A DNA stretch of 64,000 nt from Candidatus Sumerlaeaceae bacterium (GTDB lineage Bacteria; Sumerlaeota; Sumerlaeia; Sumerlaeales; Sumerlaeaceae), in NCBI GenBank assembly GCA_049968255.1, contig JBMFRB010000001.1, forward strand, positions 288,001-352,000. The letters run 5' to 3'. Under the pieces are notes generated by a model. That model was not told where the DNA came from, did not search any database, and was given only the letters and a program-made list of their open reading frames with translations. The translations under genes and the position numbers were made by a program. This document shows positions 28,077 to 39,890 of this stretch, in pieces (the stretch's first letter is position 1; each line of letters starts with the position of its first letter).

Positions 28077-29931
28077 ACAGGGGAAGGCGGTGCGTTCTTC
28101 TACCCAACGCGTAGCTCCCTTGTCTCAACCGATTCCCCCCCTTTATGCAGCATCCTCCGTTTGGTGGCGCCGCTTGTGGGAGTGGGGAATTTATCCAGCG
28201 CTCATCCTGCTAGTTCTTGTGTTTACCACTGTGCGTCCGATCAACGATCCTGATTGTTGGTTCCATTTAGCGCATGGCCGCTATTTTCTCGAACACGGGA
28301 AAATTCTGGACCGTGATATTTTCTCCCACACTGCAGCGGGGCGTGAATGGATTTCTTCGGGCTGGCTCTCTTCGGTACTCATGCAACTTGTTTTTGGGAG
28401 ATGGGGACCGACCGGCCTCACGGTCTTCGTCACTGTCACCGCTGCACTCATCTATACTTTTATTTACGTTGCGGGGTTGCGCCGTGGTGCAGGCGCGGAA
28501 TTAGCCACTGTCCTTGTGCTTTGCTCGATCCTTGCTGGCTATATGCGGTTCAATCCTCGGCCTGATTTGCTGAGCCTGGCGGCTTTGCCCCTTTTCTTGC
28601 GGCTGCTCCTTGAGTTGGATCGTTGGCAACCAGGAAGAAAGTCGGCGCCGGCACTCCTTTGGCTCCTCCCTTTTGTTATGGCGCTGTGGGCAAACTTGCA
28701 TGCTGGTTTTTTGGCTGGAGTCATCGTTCTATGGATCGCTGCGGGACTCAGCTTATTTCAATGGCCACGCTCAGAGGCGCGAGCGCTCCTGCCTAAAGTT
28801 CTGCTGATTGGCGGACTTACCTCTGTCGCGTGGCTAGCGAATCCCTACGGCTGGCGCATCGCGGGGCTTGCGGCAAAAATCCGGGCTATTCCGGGCGTGC
28901 GCATGCTCATTTTCGAATGGATGCCGCTGGCTTATCTACCTGGATTCAACTTGCCTTGGCCGAACTATGTGGGTCTGGCTGCGCTGGGTGGTCTTTGGTG
29001 GGCTTGTTGGAAATGTGGCAGGAAGGAGCGCAAAGCATGGCATTTCGCTGCTGCGTCCTTTCTCGCGCTTTTCGCCCTTTGGCAACGTCGGCAGGCGGGG
29101 CTCTTCGCGCTAGGAGTGCCCATTCTGGCCCTGCCCTCTATCGGCGCATTGCGGGCGCGGCTGGAACAACGTCGAGTATGGCTGCAAGGGGCAGTAGTGG
29201 CCGGGGCGCTTGCTATTTGCAGTTTGCAATACACGGGAGCGCTAGACATGGGAAACGGCCTGCCCGTGACAGGCGTTAATGCGAAGATGCTACCCTGCAT
29301 CCCCACCGAGTTTTTGGAGCAAGTGCCGGTGCCACAAAAACTTTTTAACAGTTACGGCATGGGGGGATACCTGCTTTATCATCTCGGGCCACGACTTCCG
29401 GTGTTCATTGACGGGCGGCTGGACGTGTACGATCCCCAGGTGTGGGCAGATTACCTCGCTGCCGAAGAGGGTGCCCTCAGCATTGCGGCAATCCACGAAC
29501 GTTACGGCGTGAATACTTTCGCGATCGAGACCCGCGATGCTTTTGGCGACCCCATTCACCTGGCCAACCGGCTCACGAAGGATCCGGCGTGGGCACTCGT
29601 GTTTTACGACGATGACTACGCGATTTTTGTGTTTCGGAATAAGGCTGCGGCGGATGTGCTCGCGGGCGAATTCCGCTTCGCGAATCCGTTCGAACCCGAC
29701 CGCTTTTTAGAAGCACTGCGGCGCCCTGGCGAGCGTGAGCGCGCTTTGGCCGAGCTGGGCAATGCGTTAAAAGTGTCCAACGGGGCCGCAGCAGCCTACG
29801 CCTTGGCTGCTCTAGCGGCAGAAGCAACAGGGCAACGCGATGCGGCGGCCCAATACCGCGCGCAAGCCTTCGCACGTGATGCCACCTGCCCATTGTTGCA
29901 ATGGAAAGCAGAGCCACAAAGTGGACCATAA
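28066..29931 (+). CDS. Multi-pass membrane protein, probable GT-C fold, with TPR-like tail
   Basis: DPDCWFHLAHGR, RFNPRPD, LWANLHAG, NPYG, FEW, FNSYGMGGYL, FIDGRLDVY. Confidence 0.75.
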   Translation: MSRRQGKAVRSSTQRVAPLSQPIPPLYAASSVWWRRLWEWGIYPALILLVLVFTTVRPINDPDCWFHLAHGRYFLEHGKILDRDIFSHTAAGREWISSGWLSSVLMQLVFGRWGPTGLTVFVTVTAALIYTFIYVAGLRRGAGAELATVLVLCSILAGYMRFNPRPDLLSLAALPLFLRLLLELDRWQPGRKSAPALLWLLPFVMALWANLHAGFLAGVIVLWIAAGLSLFQWPRSEARALLPKVLLIGGLTSVAWLANPYGWRIAGLAAKIRAIPGVRMLIFEWMPLAYLPGFNLPWPNYVGLAALGGLWWACWKCGRKERKAWHFAAASFLALFALWQRRQAGLFALGVPILALPSIGALRARLEQRRVWLQGAVVAGALAICSLQYTGALDMGNGLPVTGVNAKMLPCIPTEFLEQVPVPQKLFNSYGMGGYLLYHLGPRLPVFIDGRLDVYDPQVWADYLAAEEGALSIAAIHERYGVNTFAIETRDAFGDPIHLANRLTKDPAWALVFYDDDYAIFVFRNKAAADVLAGEFRFANPFEPDRFLEALRRPGERERALAELGNALKVSNGAAAAYALAALAAEATGQRDAAAQYRAQAFARDATCPLLQWKAEPQSGP

Positions 29932-30059
29932 AGAGAATTTCCTGCCCCGCTAAGCACAGAAAAGAGACTCCCCTGCTCGCTGAAAGAGGGCGACGCTGGC
30001 GAATGAGATAGAAGGCCCCGTGGGATGCTGAGCTGTTTGCTATGAGAGCTTTGGCCTTT

Positions 30060-30662
30060 TCAGATAACGCCCTTGAGCTGCGTCATCGTGGGGTAGTCCG
30101 GAGTGGAGATCTGCTGCAGATCTCGCTCGTGAAAAAAGTGGCGAGTACCATCCACAAAGGCCACGTCATAGCCGAACCACGGTTTCACAAGGGGTCGGAA
30201 TTGCACGATCTTGCCTATCTGACCTGCATAGCGGTTTTTCAGTTCGGGATGAACGCGCACGTACGTTCCAATTGGCCATGGCATACGGGCAGCCTTCTGA
30301 ATGCCGCGAGTTTGCCATTCGAGCTCGATGAAAGAGACGATGTTCGGAAAGCGGCGGAGCAACTCGTCTCGTAGTGCCTCGTAGCACTTTTCGCAGATGG
30401 CCACGTGTCGGTGCTGCTGATCTTTGATCTGAAAGCGCAGTCTTGTGATCGGCAGGTTGTGACCACAGTAAATGCAGTTTACACACTGACGATAATGGCG
30501 GCTTCCGGCCGCGGTTTCATCGATAAATTTTAGAAGCTTCGCAGCACAGGCGTCGCATGTTTGAGTGTGCCGCGTGAGAGCAAAATGCTCGCGCTGCTCC
30601 ATTGCCACAACGAGTCCCGGCACCGCCAGAGGCGCATTGCATTCAGCGCATCGCTTGTCCAT
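30060..30662 (-). CDS. Hypothetical protein with four CxxC pairs and an SH3-like C-terminal domain
   Basis: CAEC, CDAC, CVNCIYC, CEKC; C-terminal WPIGTYVRV...GQIGKIV...YDVAF...FHERDL; GGAG upstream of ATG 30662. Confidence 0.7.
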   Translation of the reverse strand: MDKRCAECNAPLAVPGLVVAMEQREHFALTRHTQTCDACAAKLLKFIDETAAGSRHYRQCVNCIYCGHNLPITRLRFQIKDQQHRHVAICEKCYEALRDELLRRFPNIVSFIELEWQTRGIQKAARMPWPIGTYVRVHPELKNRYAGQIGKIVQFRPLVKPWFGYDVAFVDGTRHFFHERDLQQISTPDYPTMTQLKGVI

Positions 30663-30929
30663 CCCCTTGACTCCATTCCTGACAATGGCGTTTCTGACAC
30701 CGCGCAAAGGCGCAGCACATTGCTTCGCCCACGGCCTTTCACCACGTGGACTCCATCCACACCACGAACCCGCTGCGGAATAGCAGGTTTCTCCCTACCT
30801 TTTCCCAACTTGGCAGGTTCCTTTTAGCAGAGCGACAAGCAAAAGCAAGCACAAAAGACGCTGGGTCGGGAGACGCGGCGGCAAGCATCCTAACTCTCTT
30901 TCTGCGAACCATCGGTGCGACGACTGCCT

Positions 30930-30960
30930 AAAAAAGAAGCGCCGTTTCATCGGCGCTTTC
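30930..30960 (-). terminator. Rho-independent terminator after pnp
   Basis: Minus strand GAAAGCGCCG-ATGAAA-CGGCGCTTC-TTTTTT. Confidence 0.85.
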
Positions 30961-31031
30961 AGCATTCGCTTGAACAATAAACTTAGCGACGAACCCCCCC
31001 GTGAGCTGGGGGACAAAACCGCAGCGAGGAA

Positions 31032-33434
31032 CTACTCATGAAGTTCGTCTTTGACGGCATCGCTGCTAGTCTCCGGCTTGGCAGCCTTGGACGGACTTTG
31101 GGGATCTTGTTTGCCGCCCGGGGCACTGGGTGAAGTCTGCCCGTGCTGCCCGCCTCGGCGAATGTCAATCTTCAGCCCCTGGGGTTGCCCAGCCCCCTGC
31201 TTGCCGCCGCCATGCCTTGACGACGAATGCTGCTCGCCACCTCGACGCTGGTGCTGGCCTTCGCGCCGACCAGAACTTTCGCCACTGCGATGAGACCCGC
31301 CCTCGCGTGAGAGCTTCCTGGTTTCGCTGTCGGGATACAGTGCTTGTTTGCGTGAGAGGCGAATCTTGCCTTTGTCGTCAATGCTAATCACTTTCACCAG
31401 CATCTCGTCGCCAATCTTGCAGACGTCCTCGACGCGCTCGACCCGGCGGGGTTCTAGTTCGCTGATGTGCACGAGGCCATCCTTACCGGGCAGGATCTCG
31501 ACAAACGCACCGAAATCTTCGATGCGGGTCACTTTTCCCGTGTAGAGTTGGCCAATTTCGGCCTCGGCCGTAAGATCGCGGATCCACTTGATGGCCCTGT
31601 CCATGGCCTCTTTGTCCGCGCTGGCGATGAAGACCTTGCCGGAGTCCTCGATGTCAATTTTCGCGCCAGTCTGCGCGATAATCTCCCGGATGACTTTGCC
31701 GCCGGTGCCGATGACGTCGCGGATCTTCTCAGGATCAATGGTGATCATCTCAATGCGTGGTGCCCACGGCTTAAGCTCGGGCCGCGGCGCTGGCAGCGCC
31801 TCGCGCATTTTTTCGAGAATGAACTGCCGTCCTTCTCGTGCCTGCTTGAGCGCTTTTTCCATGATATCGAAGGTTACGCCCTCGATTTTGATGTCCATCT
31901 GGAGGGCTGTGATGCCGTCGCGCGTGCCGGCGACTTTGAAGTCCATGTCGCCAAGGTGATCTTCGAGGCCCATAATATCGCTGAGCACAGCGTAGCGGTC
32001 GCCCTCTTTGATGAGCCCCATTGCAATGCCTGCAACGGGTTCGCAGATCGGCACGCCCCCATCCATGAGAGCGAGCACGCAACTGCATACGCTGGCCATG
32101 GATGAGGACCCATTGGACTCGAGAATCTCACTCACCAGACGAATGGTATAAGGAAATTGTTCACGGCTGGGGATGATGGGCTGAATGGCCCGCTGCGCGA
32201 GGTGTCCATGGCCGATTTCTCGTCGGCCCGGCCCACGCACCGGACGAACTTCCCCCACACTGAAGGATGGGAAGTTGTAATGCAGGTAAAAGAACCGCTG
32301 GCTCTTTTCGTCCAGGTAGTCCGTTTCTTGCGCGTCCTCGCCCGTGCCCAAAGTCAGCACGCCAAGCGATTGTGTTTGGCCACGTGTAAACAGGGCGCTG
32401 CCGTGTGTGCGCGGCAAAACATCAACTTCGATGGAAATAGGGCGAATCTCATCGAGCCGCCGGCCATCGGCTCGAATGCCCGTATCAAGAATCCGCTGGC
32501 GCATTGCCTTCGAGTACTCATCCTCGAAGACGCTTTTCATGATCTCCTTCGCCTCGGGATATTCTTCGGCCAGCGTGTCGAGAATTTCGTCGCGCGCTTC
32601 TTCCAGAGCTTCTGCTCGCTCCTTCTTTTCGTAGATCTCAGCAATCTTCGCGAATTTCGGAAGTGAGAGCTGACGAATTTTTTCCTCGAGCGTCGGGTTG
32701 CGCTCCGGCTTCTGGAATTCGATTTTCTCCTTGCCGGCTTTCGCCCGAAGTTCTTCGAGCGCCTCGCATACCCGCTGAATGGCCTGGTGGCCAAAACGCA
32801 GCGCGTCGAGCATTTGCTCTTCGCTCAGCATCTGGGCGCCACTTTCGACCATTGTGATCGCGTTTGCGGTGCCAGCGACCACGAGATCTAGCTTTGATTG
32901 CTCAAGCTGATCATAGGTGGGGTTCAATATGAACTGTTGACCATCGAAGCCGACGCGTACGCCGGCGAGCGCCTTCTCGAACGGGATATCCGATATGAGT
33001 AAGGCCGCAGCAGCGGCGCAAAGCCCGATGACATCGGCATTGTTTTTGTCGTCGAAGGAGAGTACGCTAACGTACACTTGCACTTCGCGGAAGAAACCGT
33101 CGGGGAAAAGCGGGCGGATGGGTCGATCAATCAGGCGCGCCCGCAAAATTTCCGGTTCGGTGGGACGCCCTTCACGTTTAAAGTAGCCACCGGGGATGCG
33201 CCCGGCCGCATAGAGCTTTTCTCGATAATCCACCGTGAGCGGGAAAAAATCTATGGGTTCTTCGCGTGGAGGGGCCATGACCACCGACGCGAGAACGACA
33301 GTTCCGCCGAGGGTTGCGACGACTGAGCCATTGGCCTGTTTGGCAAGCTTGCCCGTGCTGAGAATAAGCTGATCTGGTCCAAAGGGAACAGAGACTTCGA
33401 CAGCGGGATTTGTGCCCGCCAGTTGGTTCGACAT
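31032..33434 (-). CDS. pnp: Polyribonucleotide nucleotidyltransferase with ~100-aa disordered C-terminal tail
   Basis: [36 protein letters not shown] and S1 domains. Confidence 0.98.
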   Translation of the reverse strand: MSNQLAGTNPAVEVSVPFGPDQLILSTGKLAKQANGSVVATLGGTVVLASVVMAPPREEPIDFFPLTVDYREKLYAAGRIPGGYFKREGRPTEPEILRARLIDRPIRPLFPDGFFREVQVYVSVLSFDDKNNADVIGLCAAAAALLISDIPFEKALAGVRVGFDGQQFILNPTYDQLEQSKLDLVVAGTANAITMVESGAQMLSEEQMLDALRFGHQAIQRVCEALEELRAKAGKEKIEFQKPERNPTLEEKIRQLSLPKFAKIAEIYEKKERAEALEEARDEILDTLAEEYPEAKEIMKSVFEDEYSKAMRQRILDTGIRADGRRLDEIRPISIEVDVLPRTHGSALFTRGQTQSLGVLTLGTGEDAQETDYLDEKSQRFFYLHYNFPSFSVGEVRPVRGPGRREIGHGHLAQRAIQPIIPSREQFPYTIRLVSEILESNGSSSMASVCSCVLALMDGGVPICEPVAGIAMGLIKEGDRYAVLSDIMGLEDHLGDMDFKVAGTRDGITALQMDIKIEGVTFDIMEKALKQAREGRQFILEKMREALPAPRPELKPWAPRIEMITIDPEKIRDVIGTGGKVIREIIAQTGAKIDIEDSGKVFIASADKEAMDRAIKWIRDLTAEAEIGQLYTGKVTRIEDFGAFVEILPGKDGLVHISELEPRRVERVEDVCKIGDEMLVKVISIDDKGKIRLSRKQALYPDSETRKLSREGGSHRSGESSGRREGQHQRRGGEQHSSSRHGGGKQGAGQPQGLKIDIRRGGQHGQTSPSAPGGKQDPQSPSKAAKPETSSDAVKDELHE

Positions 33435-33499
33435 AAACCTGATACCTTTCCGTCAAACAAGTGTGACGTGTTTTTTTTTGCGGGCGTCAGGCTTCTCGA

Positions 33500-33581
33500 G
33501 CGGGAGGACACTGTCGGGATTTTACGTTTCGATAGAACTCGTGTGTTTCTACCGAAGCTTAAAAGCCCGAGCGGATCCCGC
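33500..33581 (-). promoter_or_regulatory. Long imperfect hairpin in the pnp leader (candidate RNase III processing stem)
   Basis: Nested pairings GCGGGA/TCCCGC, TCGGG/CCCGA, TTTTA/TAAAA, TTCG/CGAA, TAGAA/TTCTA. Confidence 0.5.
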
Positions 33582-33646
33582 GGTTTTGGTCGGCGGGACG
33601 TTTCCCCCCGTCGTCGGCCCTCAACCACGCACTTCGTCATACAGCT

Positions 33647-33699
33647 AAAAAAGGAAAATGATGCAGCGGCAAGGAAAAGACTGCCGCTGCATCATTTTC
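33647..33699 (-). terminator. Strong terminator after rpsO
   Basis: 18-bp perfect stem GAAAATGATGCAGCGGCA/TGCCGCTGCATCATTTTC followed by a T-tract on the minus strand. Confidence 0.88.
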
Positions 33700-33751
33700 T
33701 TGATATGGCACCCGAGGCGTAAAAAGGCCTAAGAGTTTTCTGATGCGAGAC

Positions 33752-34021
33752 TTATTTGCGCAGGCCGAGCCGTTCGATGAGCTCGCGATAACGCTCAATG
33801 TCCAGATCACGCAAGTAATTGAGCAGCCGACGACGCTGCCCGACGAGCATGAGAAGTCCCCGCCGCGAATGGTGATCCTTTTTATGGGTTTTGAAATGCT
33901 CGGTGAGATTCCTGATTCGCTCCGAGAGAATAGCGATCTGTACTTCGGGAGAACCGGTATCGCCGGGATGTCGCGCAAACTCGGTGATGATCTGCTTTTT
34001 GCGTTCAGCCGTGATGCTCAT
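33752..34021 (-). CDS. rpsO: 30S ribosomal protein S15
   Basis: [33 protein letters not shown]. Confidence 0.98.
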   Translation of the reverse strand: MSITAERKKQIITEFARHPGDTGSPEVQIAILSERIRNLTEHFKTHKKDHHSRRGLLMLVGQRRRLLNYLRDLDIERYRELIERLGLRK

Positions 34022-34100
34022 AAGAAATCACCCTTTCAGAGAAATTGCCCGCAGCCCAGTTGAGCGCCGGGTGAAGCGCACCACCGAGCCAAGGGTTCGC
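34022..34100 (-). promoter_or_regulatory. Putative S15-binding leader RNA
   Basis: Minus strand GCGAACC-CTTGGCT-CGGTG...CACC..CGC..., directly after a TATAAG -10 candidate (34110-34105) and running into the RBS; recalls Firmicutes-type rpsO leaders. Confidence 0.5.
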
Positions 34101-34199
34101 ATAACTTATACGCCATGCCGGTGCTCGGAATTCACACCCAGCGAAAGCTTCATAGCGCCGGGCGTCCTAGGAACGTCCCTTTGCCCGCACTGGCCACGC

Positions 34200-35057
34200 T
34201 CATGAGGCCACCTCGGCCAGCTGCGGCAAAATGGCGGTCAATAACTTCGTAAATTTTTCTTCTACGAGGCGCGCGTTCTCCATCACTTCCTCGTGGGTGG
34301 TAACAGCCGGGACGGTAAGAAGGTTTGAGATAAACGAGATTCCTAAGACGCGGCGCCCCATGTGATTGGTGACAAGAGTCTCCGGAACGGTGCTCATACC
34401 GACAGCATCGGCTCCGTAGATGCTGCGCAGCATCTGAACTTCCGCGCGAGTTTCGTAACTCGGGCCGAGGCCTCCAAGGTAAACGCCTTCGCGCAGCGGT
34501 ACCCCGACTCTGAGTCCGACCTGCTTAGCTTTCTCGCGAAGTTCACGCGAATAGAGCTCGCTGGCATCGGGAAATCGCGGTCCCCATTGCTCGACATTCT
34601 TGCCAATGAGAGGGTTGCAGAACATCCAATTGATGTGATCCGAGATCAACATGAGATCCCCGATTTGAAACTTTGGGTTCAGTCCGCCGGCAGCGTTGGA
34701 CACCAGCACAACTTGCACCGGAAATGCCAAGAGTAATGCGCGCAAAAGCAGGGTCGATTGCTGCGGAGAAATCCCCTCATAAAGGTGACGGCGGCCGTTC
34801 ATGACGAAAAGGGGCGTATTGCTCACCTGGCCTTGAACGAGGATTCCCGCGTGGCCTGCTACGGTCGATGCGCCAAAATGCGGGATCTCTGCATAGGGGA
34901 CCTTTTTCTCGACCGCAACGCTGCGCACAAATCCGCCAAGGCCACTGCCGGCAATAACAAGAACTTTCGGCGACGCATCGAGGCGCTCTGCGAGGAATTT
35001 CGCGGCCTCTTTGACGCGAGTGACATACTCATCGGAAACACGATCACTCTGCCGCAT
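34200..35057 (-). CDS. punA: Purine-nucleoside phosphorylase (trimeric PNP/XapA family)
   Basis: GSGLG, STVAGHAG, GRRHLYEG, NAAGGLNP, DHIN, GPSYETRAE, GMSTVPE, HEEV. Confidence 0.93.
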   Translation of the reverse strand: MRQSDRVSDEYVTRVKEAAKFLAERLDASPKVLVIAGSGLGGFVRSVAVEKKVPYAEIPHFGASTVAGHAGILVQGQVSNTPLFVMNGRRHLYEGISPQQSTLLLRALLLAFPVQVVLVSNAAGGLNPKFQIGDLMLISDHINWMFCNPLIGKNVEQWGPRFPDASELYSRELREKAKQVGLRVGVPLREGVYLGGLGPSYETRAEVQMLRSIYGADAVGMSTVPETLVTNHMGRRVLGISFISNLLTVPAVTTHEEVMENARLVEEKFTKLLTAILPQLAEVAS

Positions 35058-35090
35058 ATTTGCACATCATCTCCAGCGACATTGGGGATC

Positions 35091-35567
35091 CTACTCCTCG
35101 TCCACGTCCGGAGGAATCGTGTCCGAGCAGAAGAGTTCTTTGATTCGTTTGGGGGTTTTTGCAAACATCACGGCCTTGCGAAAATTGCGGTTCTTGAGCT
35201 TAAGCACAAGCTGGGCCAGCACTTTCAGGAAGTCGCCAGCCTGCTTGTCGTTGGCCCCAATCATGACAATGATGTAGACGGGCTTCTCATCCAGCGAATC
35301 GAAATCTATGCCTTTGTGCGAACGCCCAATGGCGATCACGAAATCTTTCACACTGGGGATCTTGACGTGCGGCAACGCAACCTCGATGCCGACGCCCGTG
35401 GAAATCACTTTTTCGCGTTCAAAAATCGCTTTGAGAAGCTCCTCCTTATCCGTGACGAGCGGGGACGTTGCGAGGACGTCCACAAGTTCCCGCAAAGCTT
35501 CTTCCTTTGTCGTGGCTTTCAGGTCCACAATGCGTGACTCGTCAATCATCTTTGAGAAATCAATCAT
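35091..35567 (-). CDS. PTS EIIA domain protein (fructose/mannitol/Ntr type)
   Basis: EREKVISTGVGIEVALPH phospho-His motif; GIDFDSLD. Confidence 0.9.
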   Translation of the reverse strand: MIDFSKMIDESRIVDLKATTKEEALRELVDVLATSPLVTDKEELLKAIFEREKVISTGVGIEVALPHVKIPSVKDFVIAIGRSHKGIDFDSLDEKPVYIIVMIGANDKQAGDFLKVLAQLVLKLKNRNFRKAVMFAKTPKRIKELFCSDTIPPDVDEE

Positions 35568-35749
35568 TTGAGTCTTTTCCTTTGACGTATTGCCGGAAGG
35601 CCGGCGTCAAAAAACGCAATCATTCGCCTGCGACACACCGCGCGCTTTCACGGGGCCATCAACGCGCGATGGTGTCACGAGAAAAGTCGAGACGAGCTTT
35701 GGCGGAGTCAAGCGAGGAGCAGGACGCTGTGCCGCACCGCCTTCATTGC

Positions 35750-38458
<2,709 letters not shown>

Positions 38459-38622
38459 TTATTGGCCGTGCTTGCCATGCTCAGAGTCGCCGTTTTCCTT
38501 TGGGCAAACTCTGCACCCAGCGCACAGCTCGGCGTTTTGCCATGTTTCCGAGAAAACCCCGCGCCTCACGAGGATGCTCACGTTTTTCGCGTTCGCCTCG
38601 TCACTAAGCACGGCTCCGGAAG

Positions 38623-39363
38623 TTAGGATGGCGAGGGCGGCACGGCAGGAATATCATCGGCCTGCTCAGCGGTGTCATCCACTTTGAGGCGTCCCGTCCG
38701 CCGCAGCCACTCGTAGCGCATCAGCTCGCGGATATGGTACCACGTCGTGCGCAACTTGCCATAGCGGATCCACGTCCGCGCACTTGTCTCCACCACTTGC
38801 GGAAGAATCACAAACTTGCCCCGTTCGCGCAGGCGCAGTACAAGATCCACATCTTCGCAAAAACCGAGTTCGCGAAATCCACCAAGATCATAAAAGACTT
38901 GCGTACGGACAAAAATGCCTTGGTCGCCATAGACACGTTGAACGGTAAGAGAACGTAGGTTCACTGCCCACGTGATAAAACGATAGAAAAGGTCATTACC
39001 GCGTAGACGGAAACGAAAAGCCCCGCCAACGACTTCGGGATCGTTGAGTGCGTGGAGCAGCGCCTCGATTGTGTGGGCATCGGGTAGGGTCGAGTCCGCA
39101 TGCAAAAACCACAGTGCCGGTGCCGCTGCATGCTGCGCCCCAAAGTTCATTTGCCGCGCGCGGCCTGGCTGACTGGTAAGAACCTGAACAAACGGAAATG
39201 CCGAGGCGACTCCTGTCGTATTGTCGTCGCTCATTCCATCAACGACAATCACCTGACACCGCGATAGCATTGTTTGACGAGCAAGTGAGCGCAACACACT
39301 GCTCACTGTATGCTCTTCGTTGCGGACCGGAATGACAATGGCCAAGTCGTAGCGGTGCGGCAC
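38623..39363 (-). CDS. Family 2 glycosyltransferase (TIGR04283-like)
   Basis: IVIPVRNEE, VVDGMSDD, GRARQMNFGA, FLHADS, YGDQGIF, ED, TSAR. Confidence 0.88.
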   Translation of the reverse strand: MPHRYDLAIVIPVRNEEHTVSSVLRSLARQTMLSRCQVIVVDGMSDDNTTGVASAFPFVQVLTSQPGRARQMNFGAQHAAAPALWFLHADSTLPDAHTIEALLHALNDPEVVGGAFRFRLRGNDLFYRFITWAVNLRSLTVQRVYGDQGIFVRTQVFYDLGGFRELGFCEDVDLVLRLRERGKFVILPQVVETSARTWIRYGKLRTTWYHIRELMRYEWLRRTGRLKVDDTAEQADDIPAVPPSPS

Positions 39364-39890
39364 GCTGATAACGTCTCCTTTTCGCGATTTTTCTTCGTCG
39401 TGAATCTTTTATCCTCACTTATAACTATATTCCCAGTTTCTGCCGGCAACGAGTGCAAGCAAACAAGTTCACCTAACGGTGACCTTAGAAAGCAGACTAA
39501 TCGGGGAGTCACCAGAGCTCCTATTTGGTCGTTTGAAAGATTTTGGGCTATCGCCGTAGTCCTTGCTCCACTGTCGGTGAGCAAGTTCAATTGGTCACCA
39601 TGCTTTTCTACCCCTGCCCGAACATTTCCCCCAAAAAAAGCAGTTCGCTGGTTGATAGTAGTACTTGTGTTGTCCTATATAAGGATGGAGTTGTAAATGG
39701 CTATTTTCTTACCGGGAGGTGGTCATCACTAAGAGAATTTAGCCGCCTGTGGTCGAATTCCGCGCGTAGAGGTGGCAGTTCGCGAACCTGACGGCAAGTC
39801 CAGGACGGAATATCAGCCGTGAAGTTCGCTCTACGAAAAAACTTCGGGGCACTGAGAGCCCCACATAACCATCAGCTATGGAGGAGCATC

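Noticed and set aside
39409-39417. TTATCCTCA near-DnaA box in an AT-rich gap close to gyrB (possible oriC)
   Set aside because: Only a single one-mismatch box; no box cluster and no dnaA/dnaN in the window.
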